Below, in pieces: positions 13,075 through 26,197 of a stretch of DNA of 64,000 nucleotides. Origin of the DNA: Eledone cirrhosa (lineage: Eukaryota); contig OZ024743.1 in assembly GCA_964016885.1 (NCBI GenBank), positions 213,094,001-213,158,000 on the forward strand, read 5' to 3'. Positions within the stretch are counted from its first letter, which is position 1. Each line of letters opens with the position of its first letter. The position numbers were made by a program, and so were the translations under genes. The notes beneath the pieces are model-generated. The model was given only the letters and a program-made list of their open reading frames with translations, ran no database searches and was not told where the DNA came from.

Positions 13075-14015
13075 TAGTTTCTAATTTTAGTATAAGGTCA
13101 GCAGTTTTGATGGCAAGGGGGAAAGTCGATTATATCGACCTCAGTACATGACTGGTACTTTGTTATATCAATCTTGGAAGGGTGAAAGGTAAAGTTGACC
13201 TTGTCGGGGTTTGAACTCAGAACGTAAAGAGCCGAAAGTATTAATAGTAATAATTGTTTCTACGTTTGGCACAAGGCCAGCAATTATCTCAGTGCATTAC
13301 TGGTACTAATAATTGTTTCTACTTTTGGCACAAGGCCAGCAATTACCCAGTGCATTACTGGTACTTTATTTTATCGACCCCGTAAGGATGAAAGGCAAAG
13401 TTAACCTCGGCGGGATTTGAACTCAGACCGTAAAGGGACGTAACTATGCTGGAAAGCATGGCGTCCGACTCTCTACTGATACTGCCAATCCACTACTAAT
13501 AATGATTTCTGATTTAGGCACAAAGGCAACAATTTTGGGGAGGGGAAAATCGATTAAATAGACCCCAGTGCGTTACTGGTACTTTGTTTTGTCGACTTCG
13601 GAAGGAGGAAAGGTAAAGTTGGCCTCGTCAGTATTTGAACTCAGAACATAAAGAGCCGGAAGTTTTAGTAGTAATAATTGTTTCTACTCTTTGGCACAAG
13701 GCCAGCAATCATCCCACTGGTACTTTATTTTATCGACCCCGTAAGGATGAAAGGCAAAGTTAACCTCGGCGGGATTTGAACTCAGACCGTAAAGGGACGT
13801 AACTCTATGCTGCAAGGCATGACGTCCGACCCTCTACCGATACTGCCAATCCACCGTCCTTAGTTTTAGTAGTAATAATGGTTTCTACTTTAGGTACAAG
13901 GTCAGTAATTTTGGAGGAAGGGTTATTCAATTAAATCTAATCCAGTATTTTACTTTTATTATATTCTATCAAACCTCTTGATGGATGAAAGGAGAGGTTG
14001 ATCCTGGCGAGTTGT
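13075..14015 (-). mobile_element. Stack of about six same-orientation SINE copies and fragments
   Basis: Repeated GTTTCTA..TT.GGCACAAGGCCAGC starts at about 13075, 13255, 13315, 13505, 13680 and 13880, separated by short TAA/TAG runs. Confidence 0.85.
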
Positions 14016-14029
14016 ACTAGCAATAATGT

Positions 14030-14352
14030 ATGTGTGGACCCGTAACTCCCGAAGGAGTTGTAGGGGCGCCATATTGCCATACGGCGTTTTTAGGGCATTT
14101 AAACCCGGCGGAGTCCATCTCTCCAGGTCGAATACAGCAGATTTCTTCCAGAGAATGACAGAGAGTGAGAGAAAGGAAGTGAGAAAGAGATATAGAGGAA
14201 GAATCGACTCCAGTACAACACTAGTACCTTTTTATCGACCTTGAAAGACAAAGTTGACCTTGGTGAGATTTGAACTTAGAAGTCAGAGAGCTAGAATGAA
14301 TACTGCAAAGCATTCTATCCAACGTTCTAATGACTCTGCCAATTCGTCGCCA
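14030..14352 (-). mobile_element. Long-tailed SINE subfamily (same head and core, CT-rich spacer, distinct ~130 bp tail)
   Basis: Tail GG.CCCGTAACTCC...GGCG.C.TATTG.CATACGGCGTTT shared with 46440-46772 and 52905-53272. Confidence 0.75.
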
Positions 14353-14364
14353 GTAGTAATAATA

Positions 14365-14548
14365 ATTGTTTCTACTTTTGGCACAAGGCCAGCAATTACC
14401 CAGTACATTACTGGTACTTTATTTTATCGACCCCGTAAGGATGAAAGGCAAAGTTAACCTTGGCGGGATTTGAACTCAGAATGGCAAGGGCCGTAACTCT
14501 ATGCGCCAAAGCATGGCGTCCGACTCTCTACCGATACTGCCAATCCCA
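14365..14548 (-). mobile_element. Short SINE subfamily copy
   Basis: Close match to the reverse complement of 5388-5578. Confidence 0.9.
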
Positions 14549-15340
14549 ATAATAATGAATATATTCTTATTGGTGGATTGAATTAAATACATAGTGTTAT
14601 TTCATTACAGCCATTTAAGTTCGGAGATCAACTTTGACTTTCAACCTTCAGAGGTCGATAAAATAAAGTACCAGTGGAGTAGTGGACCAGGAGTTTTAGT
14701 GCAACGTACATTTACCATGTGTAGTTTATCTCGAGTCCAAAAGTGATAAACCTGGAATAGCGTTGTAAAATTCAAAGGTCACCTAGGACAGACTCTATAG
14801 AACCGCAATAGAGCGTATCTCCGCCTGTCTTTCGTTCTCAAAGCTGTCAAATTGGTTGTGAAGAAATGTCTTGAGCTTGGCGGAGAAGGTTGGTTTGGAG
14901 GATGTTAATCTATACAGCACAGATCAACCTAAGCAGATGTACGTGAGCCTCAGCTGAGTGCGGCGATTTTAGGTCATTGATCTTTGAAATGGCCTGCCAC
15001 ACGTAACCCGCACCGCTACTGTTGCTATCAGGGAAACATTTTCAGAGCAGCAATTATATCTTCTTTGAAACTGGTCACAGAAATATGACCAGCTGGGGCT
15101 TGGATGACTCTGATATCATTCGGAAAAAAACTGAGTGTTCTAGACGAAATGCAATTGGGATATTGTTGTGAGTTGATATTACTGCAGCAGTAATATTTCC
15201 ATCAATTATTTTTACGCTGATGTGGTCACATAGATGTGTCACATCGTTTTCTGGAGGTTGAGTGCGAATTGTCAGCTTCGGTGGACAGCTGGATGGAACG
15301 GACAGGCTTGTTAGCGAAGGATGACAGAAAGAAGTAAGGC

Positions 15341-15905
15341 TATTAGGTTGTTCTGAAATTAATGGAGGTTTTATGTTTTTATTTGTTTCAACATTTTTTA
15401 CGTGTGTAAAATGATATATGTTTAAGCTTATTTTACGCGCTATCGTTCTATGTAATCCATTTTTAATATAATTTGCATGTTTTGTGAATTGTCAGATCTT
15501 TGAAGTCAAGATGTTAAAACTAGGTTTTCACCAAACATATTTCTATAAGTTTAAACTCGGCCAAAGTGCAGGAAAATCAGCTAGAAACATTTTCGGACCA
15601 CATTGTAACCTGCGACAAAGAGTTGATCCTATAAAACAACCGACAGCGTTCAACACAGTGGTCGAACCGAAATGAAGTTTCTAAACACGCCCTAAAGCCG
15701 AAGTTGCAAGAAATGAAGGTTATGGTGACTGTTTGGTAGTTTGCAGCCAAGTTAATCCGCTACAACTTTCTGAATCCTGGTTCAATGGCAGCAGATAAGT
15801 ATTGTAACGAAATAGATGAAATGCATAAAAATTTCAGTGTGTCCAACATTGGTTAATAGAAAGGTTCAATCCACTTGTACAACAACACATAGCACAACCA
15901 ACACG
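15341..15905 (+). mobile_element. Deleted mariner (Hsmar1/cecropia-like) remnant
   Basis: TA + TTAGGTTG TIR-like start; peptides YKFKLGQSAGKSARNI, KPKLQEMKVMVTVW*FAAKLIRYNFLNPG, DKYCNEIDEMHK, PTLVNRK and HIAQPT match mariner transposase motifs in order. Confidence 0.85.
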
Positions 15906-18900
15906 CCACTGGTAGAACCACATATTCTACAACCAACACTCCCCTGATAGAACCACATATTCTACAACCAACATTCCACTGATAGACCACATATTCTACA
16001 ACCAACATTCCACTGATAGACCACATATTCTACAACCAACATTCCACTGATAGAACCACATATTCTACAACCAACACTCCCCTGATAGAACCACACATTC
16101 AACAACCAACACTCCACTGATAGAACCACACATTCTACAACCGACACTCCACTGATAGAACCACACATTCTACAACCAACACTCCACTGATAGAACCACA
16201 TATTCTACAACCAACACTCCACTGATGGAACCACATATTCTACAACCAACACTCCACTGATAGAACCACACATTCTACAACCAACACTCCACTGATAGAA
16301 CCACATATTCTACAACCAACACTCCACTGATAGAACCACATATTCTACAACCAACACTCCACTGATGGAACCACATATTCTACAACCAACACTCCACTGA
16401 TAGAACTACATACTGTATAACCAACACTCCACTGATAGAACCACATATTCTACAATCAACACTCCACTGATAGAACCACGCTTTCTACAACCAACACTCC
16501 ACTGATAGAACCACACATTCTACAACCAACACTCCACTGATAGAACCACATATTCTACAATCAACACTCCACTGATAGAACCACATATTCTACAATCAAC
16601 ACTCCACTGATAGAAGTAGATATTGTATAACCAACACTCCACTGATAGAACCACATATTCTACAACCAACACTCCACTGATAGAAGTAGATATTGTATAA
16701 CCAACACTCCACTGATAGAACCACATATTCTACAATCAACACTCCACTGATAGAAGTAGATATTGTATAACCAACACTCCACTGATAGAACCACATATTC
16801 TACAATCAACACTCCACTGATAGAAGTAGATATTGTATAACCAACACTCCACTGATAGAACAACACATTCTACAATCAACACTCCACTGATAGAACCACA
16901 TATACTACAATCAACACTCCACTGATAGAAGTAGATATTGTATAACCAACACTCCACTGATAGAACCACATATTCTACAATCAACACTCCACTGATAGAA
17001 GTAGATATTGTATAACCAACACTCCACTGATAGAACCACATATTCTACAACCAACACTCCACTGATAGAAGTAGATATTGTATAACCAACACTCCACTGA
17101 TAGAACCACATATTCTACAACCAACACTCCACTGATAGAAGTAGATATTGTATAACCAACACTCCACTGATAGAACCACATATTCTACAATCAACACTCC
17201 ACTGATAGAAGTAGATATTGTATAACCAACACTCCACTGATAGAACCACATATTCTACAACCAACACTCCACCGATAGAAGTAGATATTGTATAACCAAC
17301 ACTCCACTGATAGAACCACATATTCTACAATCAACACTCCACTGATAGAACCACATATTCTACAACCAACACTCCACTGATAGAAGTAGATATTGTATAA
17401 CCAACACTCCACTGATAGAACCACATATTCTACAACCAACACTCCACTGATAGAAGTAGATATTGTATAACCAACACTCCACTGATAGAACCACATATTC
17501 TACAATCAACACTCCACTGATAGAAGTAGATATTGTATAACCAACACTCCACTGATAGAACCACATATTCTACAACCAACACTCCACTGATAGAAGTAGA
17601 TATTGTATAACCAACACTCCACTGATAGAACCACATATTCTACAATCAACACTCCACTGATAGAAGTAGATATTGTATAACCAACACTCCACTGATAGAA
17701 CAACACATTCTACAATCAACACTCCACTGATAGAACCACATATACTACAATCAACACTCCACTGATAGAAGTAGATATTGTATAACCAACACTCCACTGA
17801 TAGAACCACATATTCTACAACCAACACTCCACTGATAGAAGTAGGTATTGTATAACCAACACTCCACTGATAGAACCACATATTCTACAACCAACACTCC
17901 ACTGATAGACCACATATTCTACAACCAACACTTCACTGATAGAAATAGATATTGTATAACCAACACTCCACTGATAGAACCACATATTCTACGATCAACA
18001 CTCCACTGATAGAAGTAGATATTGTATAACCAACACTCCACTGATAGAACCACATATTCTACAACCAACACTCCACTGATAGAAGTAGATATTGTATAAC
18101 CAACACCCCACTGATAGAACCACATATTCTACAACCAACACTCCACTGATAGAACCACATATTCTACAACCAACACTCCACTGATAGAACCACATATTCT
18201 ACAACCAACACTCCACTGATAGAAGTAGATATTGTATAACCAACACTCCACTGATAGAACCACATATTCTACAATCAACACTCCACTGATAGAAGTAGAT
18301 ATTGTATAACCAACACTCCACTGATAGAACCACATATTCTACAATCAACACTCCACTGATAGAAGTAGATATTGTATAACCAACACTCCACTGATAGAAC
18401 CACATATTCTACAACCAACACTCCACTGATAGAAGTAGATATTGTATAACCAACACTCCACTGATAGAACCACATATTCTACAATCAACACTCCACTGAT
18501 AGAACCACATATTCTACAACCAACACTCCACTGATAGAAGTAGATATTGTATAACCAACACTCCACTGATAGAACCACATATTCTACAACCAACACGCCA
18601 CTGATAGAAGTAGATATTGTATAACCAACACTCCACTGATAGAACCACATATTCTACAATCAACACTCCACTGATAGAAGTAGATATTGTATAACCAACA
18701 GTCCACTGATAGAACCACATATTCTACAATCAACACTCCACTGATAGAAGCAAATATTGTATAACCAACACTCCACTGATAGAACCACATATTCTACAAC
18801 CAACACTCCACTGATAGAAGTAGATATTGTATAACCAACACTCCACTGATAGAACCACATATTCTACAATCAACACTCCACTGATAGAAGTAGATATTGT

Positions 18901-19207
18901 ATAACCAACACTCCACTGATAGAACCACATATTCTACAACCAACACTCCACTGATAGAAGTAGATATTGTATAACCAACACTCCACTGATAGAACCACAC
19001 ATTCTACAACCAACACTCCACTGATAGAACCACATATTCTACAATCAACACTCCACTGATAGAACCACATATTCTACAATCAACACTCCACTGATGGAAC
19101 CACATATTCTACAACCAACACTCCACTGATAGAACCACACATTCTACAACCAACACTCCACTGATAGAACCACATATTCTACAATCAACACTCCACTGAT
19201 AGAAGTA
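15890..19207. repeat. 35-bp minisatellite, roughly 95 units, two main variants forming a 70-bp dimer
   Basis: Unit A CCACATATTCTACAA(C/T)CAACACTCCACTGATAGAA; unit B GTAGATATTGTATAACCAACACTCCACTGATAGAA. Confidence 0.97.
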
Positions 19208-19494
19208 AAGACATCTCTTTTTTCGAAGTGAATGAATTTAACTTTCTTCTTTATTAGCCGTATAGTTTTATTTCGGCCCCGAATTAGATCAAGTAGATCA
19301 GATAGAAATTTTATCACATCACCTACATTTTGAAGCTGAGAATCATCTGCAGACAACACTCCCCCACACACACGCACACGCACACGCACACGCACACGCA
19401 CACACACATGCACACACACGCACACAGACACACACACGCACACGCACACGCACACGCACACGCACACGCACACACACACACATACATACATACA

Positions 19495-20092
19495 TGGTGG
19501 CTGCCAACTCATTTTCGAGTACGGCCACTTCTTTATATCCATGTAGGATAACCCCTACCGATGCACTGAACGAGTGTGACTTTTTAGTCCAGCTAGGGAC
19601 TTGAAAACTCTGGTAGAAACACTACACTTGTGACAATTATTGACACATAATGCTGGGCCCATGGTACCATGTGACGACAAGTGCAGAGAGATCTCCAGAT
19701 ATAAAGCAATGCCTGTGCCGTGAAGCTTTTATAGTGAGCAAAGGCACTGCACAAAGCCAGTCCCACTCTCTTAACCAAGATGATATTTACCAAAAAGAAG
19801 AAGTCAACATCATTGGATACCATCAGGGTTGCAACTGTTATATCAGAGTTTTCCTTCTCCTAGAATTCTGCCTTGGCAAAGGCTAAGGGGTCATCTCTCC
19901 CGGTGATTTTGGATGGCCATTGACTCTTAAGAGCTCCTTTGCCCTTTACAGGTTTTGTTTTTAGTCCTGCAGGATGTCCAAAGTCACCCTCCTCACCAAG
20001 AAACCTTGGTGGGGTTGCCAGTTTAGTCGCTAACGACCCGACCATGAGACAGGTTGTACTGGGATACATGTTACCAGTACAACTGGTGACCT
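19495..20092 (-). mobile_element. ~600 bp non-autonomous RTE-derived element, copy 1
   Basis: Near-identical copies at 27147-27751, 40540-41092 and 63123-63728. RTE-5'UTR-like CTAGGAGAAGGAAAACTCTGA; 3' end encodes a CSxCTRVFKSLAGLKSH C2H2-like remnant; flanked by (CATA)n. Confidence 0.75.
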
Positions 20093-20152
20093 GACATACA
20101 TACATACATACATACATACATACATACATACATACATACATACATACATACA

Positions 20153-20184
<32 letters not shown>

Positions 20185-20569
20185 GGAAGGTATAGAGAAA
20201 CAGGATGTTTGGAACAGGATATATTGAAAGAAAATATAATGTTTATCCTACTTGAGTTTAAGTGTTTGTATTCCGTTGTCACACCAACATAAGATCAAAA
20301 TCCTGTCTCGAATGTTTAATAGGTGTGTATTTATGTTTACAACAATGTTTATATTGACGAATATATAATTAATCCACCACCACCACCACCGTCACCGCTG
20401 CCACCACCGCCGCCACCGCCACCGCTGTCACCTCCACTTATACCAGCATTGCTGAAGTATTTTGTAGAGTTAAAGGTTAAGTGATTTTACGAAAAAAATA
20501 GACAGTGAGTTATAGAGAGAATCCCTGGAATAGAAAAAATGCGTGGTTGGTCAACGTCGAACAAAAGTC

Positions 20570-20789
20570 CCCTTTAGCATTCACATTACTCTATATATAC
20601 TATTATATTTTCATGGTAAAGGCTTTACCTCGCATAATTATCTCACATAATATCGAATATATGAGATTTTGAAAGTATTTATTTTGAGAAAAATACCTTA
20701 ACATCAGTTTGAGTGACCAGTTACAGCCAGTTTCAACAGAAAAAGGTAGAGAATTCTGGCCGGTTTTGGCCGGTTTGAACATTAAAGGG
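20570..20789. mobile_element. piggyBac-like MITE
   Basis: CCCTTTAGCATTCA ... TGAACATTAAAGGG followed by TTAA; the left TTAA is not intact. Confidence 0.5.
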
Positions 20790-21429
20790 TTAAGAAATGG
20801 AACTAACTTTTTACATTTAGCCACTAGAGCTGACACTAAAACATTTAAAATCCCACTTCCAACATAATTTTATGTAAAAACTGTTGCTAAGAGTCAGCTG
20901 AAATGTTCATAAACTAATAATGAATAAGTGAGGCTAGTGCTGTGGAATCTTGAATGCATTAATTAATTGTAATGTAGCAAGAGTTGCCTCCCTTGTCATG
21001 ACAATCTCATCACCGCTCTCTAGACAGGAAGTAGCTGGAGTTGCTTTCCTTTGAGATTGACAGACTCCCTGTTGGTCACTTCCGGTCAATTCCTATAAAA
21101 GGAACAGGTTACCACGATATCTCTCTCTTGCCTCCTGATTTCTGAAGTGGTAACACCTGCGACCGTAGCTTGTGATGATTCCTTCTTGATGATCCTTCGT
21201 TACCAAGAACAATGCAACTTGCAGCCTGAGAGCCTCAGATGTCAATAACAGCTAGAAAAGATCTCTTCTTTTCTCTACCAACTTCAGCCTCGAGTTATGA
21301 CCATCGGGTAACAAATCCTTAATATTTAATACCTTTGACTTCCATGAAGTAAAAACATTATTATAACACACACACCGGTATTTACTGTCTTTTTTATGTT
21401 GTATGTACACCGATACTAATCTCCTAAAG

Positions 21430-21448
21430 TGGTGACCCCCGACGTGAT
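21430..21448 (+). promoter_or_regulatory. Primer binding site complementary to the tRNA-Trp 3' end
   Basis: TGGTGACCCCCGACGTGAT directly after the LTR; one extra C relative to TGGTGACCCCGACGTGAT. Confidence 0.9.
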
Positions 21449-21913
21449 TAAAAAAAAAAAAAAAAAAAGAATGGGAAATGGTATACGGTGTATATAATAT
21501 AATATAAAAAAAAGAGAGACAGAAGAAAAAGAGAAAAATATAACAATTTAATACAAAACGAACACCTACAATTATTGACATACAGACAAACCAATTGTAT
21601 AAATGTTTTTGCCTTTTTTTTCTCTCCTTTTCTGCCCTTCTCTTCTCTGGCTAAAAATTTTTGAGGATGACAAGATGGAGTCTCTCTTCTCCATCAATAG
21701 TGTTTTTGGCGCGAAATAGTCCGCCATGTTGGATTTTTTTTTTTAGGTGCCTTGCCCTTACCTTAGTATAACAGCATTCACTTAATCGCTTGTTTGCATA
21801 TTGTCCCGGATGCATTATTTTTCCGGTCCAGTGGTCTGACGGAAAAATTTTGTTTTCCTTTTCTGTTACGTTAGAGACATTTTTCCAAACGGTAGATTGC
21901 TTGCGGTATGCCA

Positions 21914-22708
21914 ATGGCTTCCCATTCTGTTCTGCCAACGTACACGGGCGACGTGAGGCTATGGTTCTCACAGTTAGAAGCATTCTTCAGGGCGAACAGA
22001 GTTGACGAGGAACTACAACATTCTGTGGTCCTTAGCGCAATTCCGCCGGCAATTCTCCCAGCGGTTAAGGACCACGTGTTAGAGGCAACCACAGACTCGT
22101 CGTACACGTCTCTAAAGGCTGACATACTCAGCCGGACAGATCAGTCTTCAGAAAAAAGATTTAGAGCTCTGGTCCATCTGGAGCGTATAGGGGATGGCAC
22201 CCCATCGAACCTCCTTAGGTGAATGAAGGACCTAACGGAGGGGTCTGCAGCGGAAACTGTCCTGCTGAAGCAGTTGTTCTTTTCGCGCCTGCCGACCAAC
22301 GTACAGGCAATTTTGGCCCCCATGAGGGATACAAGCACGGTGGATCAGCTTGCCTCATCTGCAGACAACATTTTCGAGGTGACGAATGCCGGAGGCAGCG
22401 ACCCCCTTGCCGCTGTTCACCACCCAGCTCGGGTCACACACGGCCATGCGATCTACGAGGCAGCGCCAACAGACAGCTCGACCATTATAGCGATGCAAAG
22501 GTCCATTCAGGAGCTCACCATAGAGCTCCACAAGATGAAGGCCTTGTGTGGTGGATGTTCGCACCCCCGCAGTCGCGGGAGATCGCAAAGTTTTAGACGG
22601 CGTTCTAAATCACCAGCTTCATCTTTATGCTGGTACCACGAGCGATTTGTTGAGAACGCGAATCACTGCGTGCAACCTTGCTCCTTTCATAAGGCGGGAA
22701 ACGCATAA
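21914..22708 (+). pseudogene. gag (one in-frame stop)
   Basis: LWFSQLEAFF, LFFSRLP and CWYHERF..NANHCVQPC; GGGAAAC slippery-site-like heptamer just before the stop. Confidence 0.85.
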
Positions 22709-22719
22709 GAGGTCCTCTG

Positions 22720-23640
22720 ATGGGGACAGATGACCTCAACATAAAGCCACCAAACCGCCATTTCTTCATTAAGGACCTAATGTCCGGAAGAGGTTTTCTC
22801 GTGGATACAGGAGCCTCCTGTAGTATTTGACCGGTCCATTGCCTGAAAGATACCCCATAGAGTCATCTGTTACGCTGTAGGCAGTTAACCACTCGTCTAT
22901 AAAGACGTACGGGCAAATCTCGCTCCCTCTTAAGTTCCTAAATCTTCGAAGGGATTTTAAATGGATTTTTACGGTTGCCGATTTGCCATATCCCATCTTA
23001 GGAGCGGATTTCCTCCACAACTTCTCTTTAACTGTGGACGTCCGTGGCCAACGCCTGGTGGATAACATCACCGGCTTTTCAATTCATGGCCAGGAAGCCA
23101 ATGCTCCAATAGTCAGCCCCATGTTCTTTATCGCTGCCGCTGGAGACGCCTACCATGCGTTACTGGGTTCTTTCCCGGAGCTCACGGATGGAAATCTTCG
23201 AGTCACTGACCCAACACACTCGACCGAACATTTCGTTTCCACCACCGGTGCCCCAGTGTTTTCGCGTCCACGCCGCTTACCGAAGGAAAAATTAAAGGCA
23301 GCACGGTCCGAGTTCGACCATATGCTGCAGCTGGGCATTATTCGCCCATCTACGTGTCCTTGGGCTTCACCGTTACACATGGTGCCCAAGACTTCCGGCG
23401 ACTGGAGACCCACTGGGGATTATAGGAGGTTAAATCCCATTCCCCATCTCCACGATTTTGCATCTTCACTGCAGGGGTGTAAGACTTTTTCTAAGTTAGA
23501 TTTAGTGCGAGCCTACCACCAAATTCCGGTCAGGAAGGAGGATATTCCGAAAACGGCGATTACAACCCCTTTCGGATCATTCGAATTTTTGACCATGCCT
23601 TTCGGATTCAGGAACGCCGCTAGCACTTTTCAGCGGTTCA
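22720..23640 (+). pseudogene. pol fragment (protease + partial RT)
   Basis: [58 protein letters not shown]; it breaks off before the YxDD motif. Confidence 0.92.
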
Positions 23641-24327
23641 GGATTGACAGACTCCCTGTTGGTCACTTCCGGTCAATTCCTATAAAAGGAACAGGTTACC
23701 ACGATATCTCTCTCTTGCCTCCTGATTTCTGAAGTGGTAACACCTGCGACCGTAGCTTGTGATGATTCCTTCTTGATGATCCTTCGTTACCAAGAACAAT
23801 GCAACTTGCAGCCCGAGAGCCTCAGATGTCAATAACAGCTAGAAAAGATCTCTTCTTTTCTCTACCAACTTCAGCCTCGAGTTATGACCATTGGGTAACA
23901 AATCCTTAAGATTTAATACCTTTGACTTCCATGAAGTAAAACGATTATTATAACACACACACCGGTATTTACTGTCTTTTTTATGTTGTATGTACACCGA
24001 TACTAATCTCCTAAACCCTTAATTATTTTCAACATTATAGATAGTGTATTTAATTAAAAATATGTTAGCTAAATAATTAATTGAGTAAAGATAACCACAA
24101 TTTTTTCAGGCGTGGCTATACCAAGTTTGTTTCTTGTTACAGATACAACGATGAAGTATCCTTCCCATTTTTTAAAATATTGGTGTGTTGAGAAAGGTGT
24201 TGCTTCAAATTGCTACCAGACTGAACGGTCGCGTACAGACTCAAACTGGAATTTCCATATATAACGGCCTCGTAGATATTATTGTGTTGCTAAAATATGT
24301 ATCGGAAATTTACTCAGCGTTCTAGAG

Positions 24328-24880
24328 CAGCGGTCGCCAACCGGTGGTCGGAAAGAAAATGTTGGTGGTTCGCAGAAAAATTTGGACATTATTTGCAATT
24401 TTTATGTTTTATTAATAATTGTTTCTACTTTTGGCACAAGGCCAGCAATTATAACAGTGTATTACTGGTACTTTATTTTATCGACCCCGTAAGGATGAAA
24501 GGCAAAGTTAACCTCGGCGGGATTTGAACTCAGAATGGCAAGGACCGTAACTCTATGCGTCAAAGCATAGTGTCCGACCCTCTACCGATACTGCAAAATA
24601 AAACAAAAATAATATTCGTTTAAAATATATTTTATAACACCCCCAAAAATTGTTTCTCCTTATAAAGAACTAACATCCATGAAAGAAATTTACACATATG
24701 TACCATCATCTATCGACAATATGACACACGTACGCTTCAGTATTGATTAATAAAATGAAGTTCTCTGATCATTATTTTACAAATGTATTTATCTTTTAAA
24801 AATAATCCATATTAGAGGGCCGCGGTATTTAAAATGATGAATTTAGTGGTCTGTGAGGTCCGAAAGGTTGGCGACCGCTT
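24328..24880. mobile_element. hAT (Charlie-type) MITE carrying a SINE insertion (24415-24595, minus)
   Basis: TIRs CAGCGGTCGCCAACC / GGTTGGCGACCGCTT; perfect 8-bp TSD TTCTAGAG (24320-24327, 24881-24888). Confidence 0.92.
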
Positions 24881-26159
24881 TTCTAGAGGATGAACGTTAG
24901 ATTTTTCTATAAACCACACATGGCTGCCAGATAAATTCCACAAAATAAAAGAAGCCGATCATCATAACAAATCAGGAGATCTGTGTGTCCTTTGGTATTA
25001 CCATTCCTGATACTATATATCGGTCACAACGTCAGTCTTTATTTTCCGGTGACAGAAGGCAGGATTTAAACTCAGAAAGCACAGAGCTGGAACAGATACT
25101 GCAAAGCCTCCTACTCAACACTAACAATTCGACCACTGACTGGTACTTTATCGATCCTGAAAGGATGAAAGGAAAACTTGACTTCAGTGGGACTTAATCT
25201 CTCAGTGAAAAGAAGCGGAACAAATATCGAGGTATTTAATGGCACGCATTAATAACATTGCTAAAAAACTGGCACCGAATTTTCAAATGATAGTGGATCG
25301 TATTAGAATCTATTCCAGAATGAAAAAATAAAGCTCACTACTATTAACTTTCTTGTTCAACTAAAGTGATTTGCCATTTCACCTAGGACAGCAAATATCT
25401 TAAAATTCATAAATGATAAATAAAATTTATTTGGTGGATTTTGATACATCTTATGTCCCTTGCATAAATCTTAACTAATTGATTATACAAGACATTACCT
25501 GTCCATAATTAAGTTTGTGTCGGGACCAAAACTCACGTGTTGACTGTTGGGTGACCTGACAGGAACTGCTACAGTCTTGGGCTGTGAAAGGCAGTCAGCT
25601 CGTCAAATCTCAACAGGGGTATTAATTTTTTGGTTCAGCGTGGGATCTTGAGCAAATGTTATTGACCATAGCCTCGGATGGGCTCATGCCTTGTGTGTGA
25701 ACGTCACGCACCGTCATACTGAATCTCCTTCAGAACTACATTAAGGGTGTTCGTGTCTGCAGAATACTCAACCACATACACGTTAATTGCAAGAGCGTGC
25801 TCTTTCCTTCATTGACCAACAAGAACAGTCATCGTCGAAAGCGACAGAAGTCCATTCAGTTTGTAATCATAGTGATTGTTTTAGAAAAGTGAATTCTATG
25901 TGGCAACAATAAGAAAAACAACAAGATCTTAACCAATACCACCCCAACCGCCACCACAACCACAGCGACCATCAAAAGGAATTATATAAGTAAATGAGTA
26001 AAGATATATAAGCAGAATAAGCGTAGTGAGAGAACGAACTATATAATTTAAGAAATTGTAAGTTTGCATATGACGTGCCAAGAAGCAATGCATACATATA
26101 CATATCATAAAACACACACACACACACACACACACGTATATATATATATGTGAGTATAT

Positions 26160-26197
<38 letters not shown>

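Larger units (their letters stand above)
20973..24015 (+). mobile_element. Gypsy LTR retrotransposon, CsRn1-like, internally deleted
   Basis: 5' LTR 20973-21428; 3' LTR remnant 23642-24015 is nearly identical to 21055-21428. tRNA-Trp PBS, CHCC gag motif, DTG protease and the N-terminal half of RT are present. Confidence 0.92.

Noticed and set aside
14700-15330. Moderately GC-rich non-repetitive block, possibly an old repeat or exon
   Set aside because: No termini, no second copy in the window and no recognisable peptide.
15890-19207. CRISPR-like look: constant ~21-bp core alternating with ~14-bp variable segments
   Set aside because: The variable parts are only two recurring, related variants rather than unique spacers; there are no cas genes and the context is eukaryotic. 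It is a minisatellite, and its many ORFs are artefacts.
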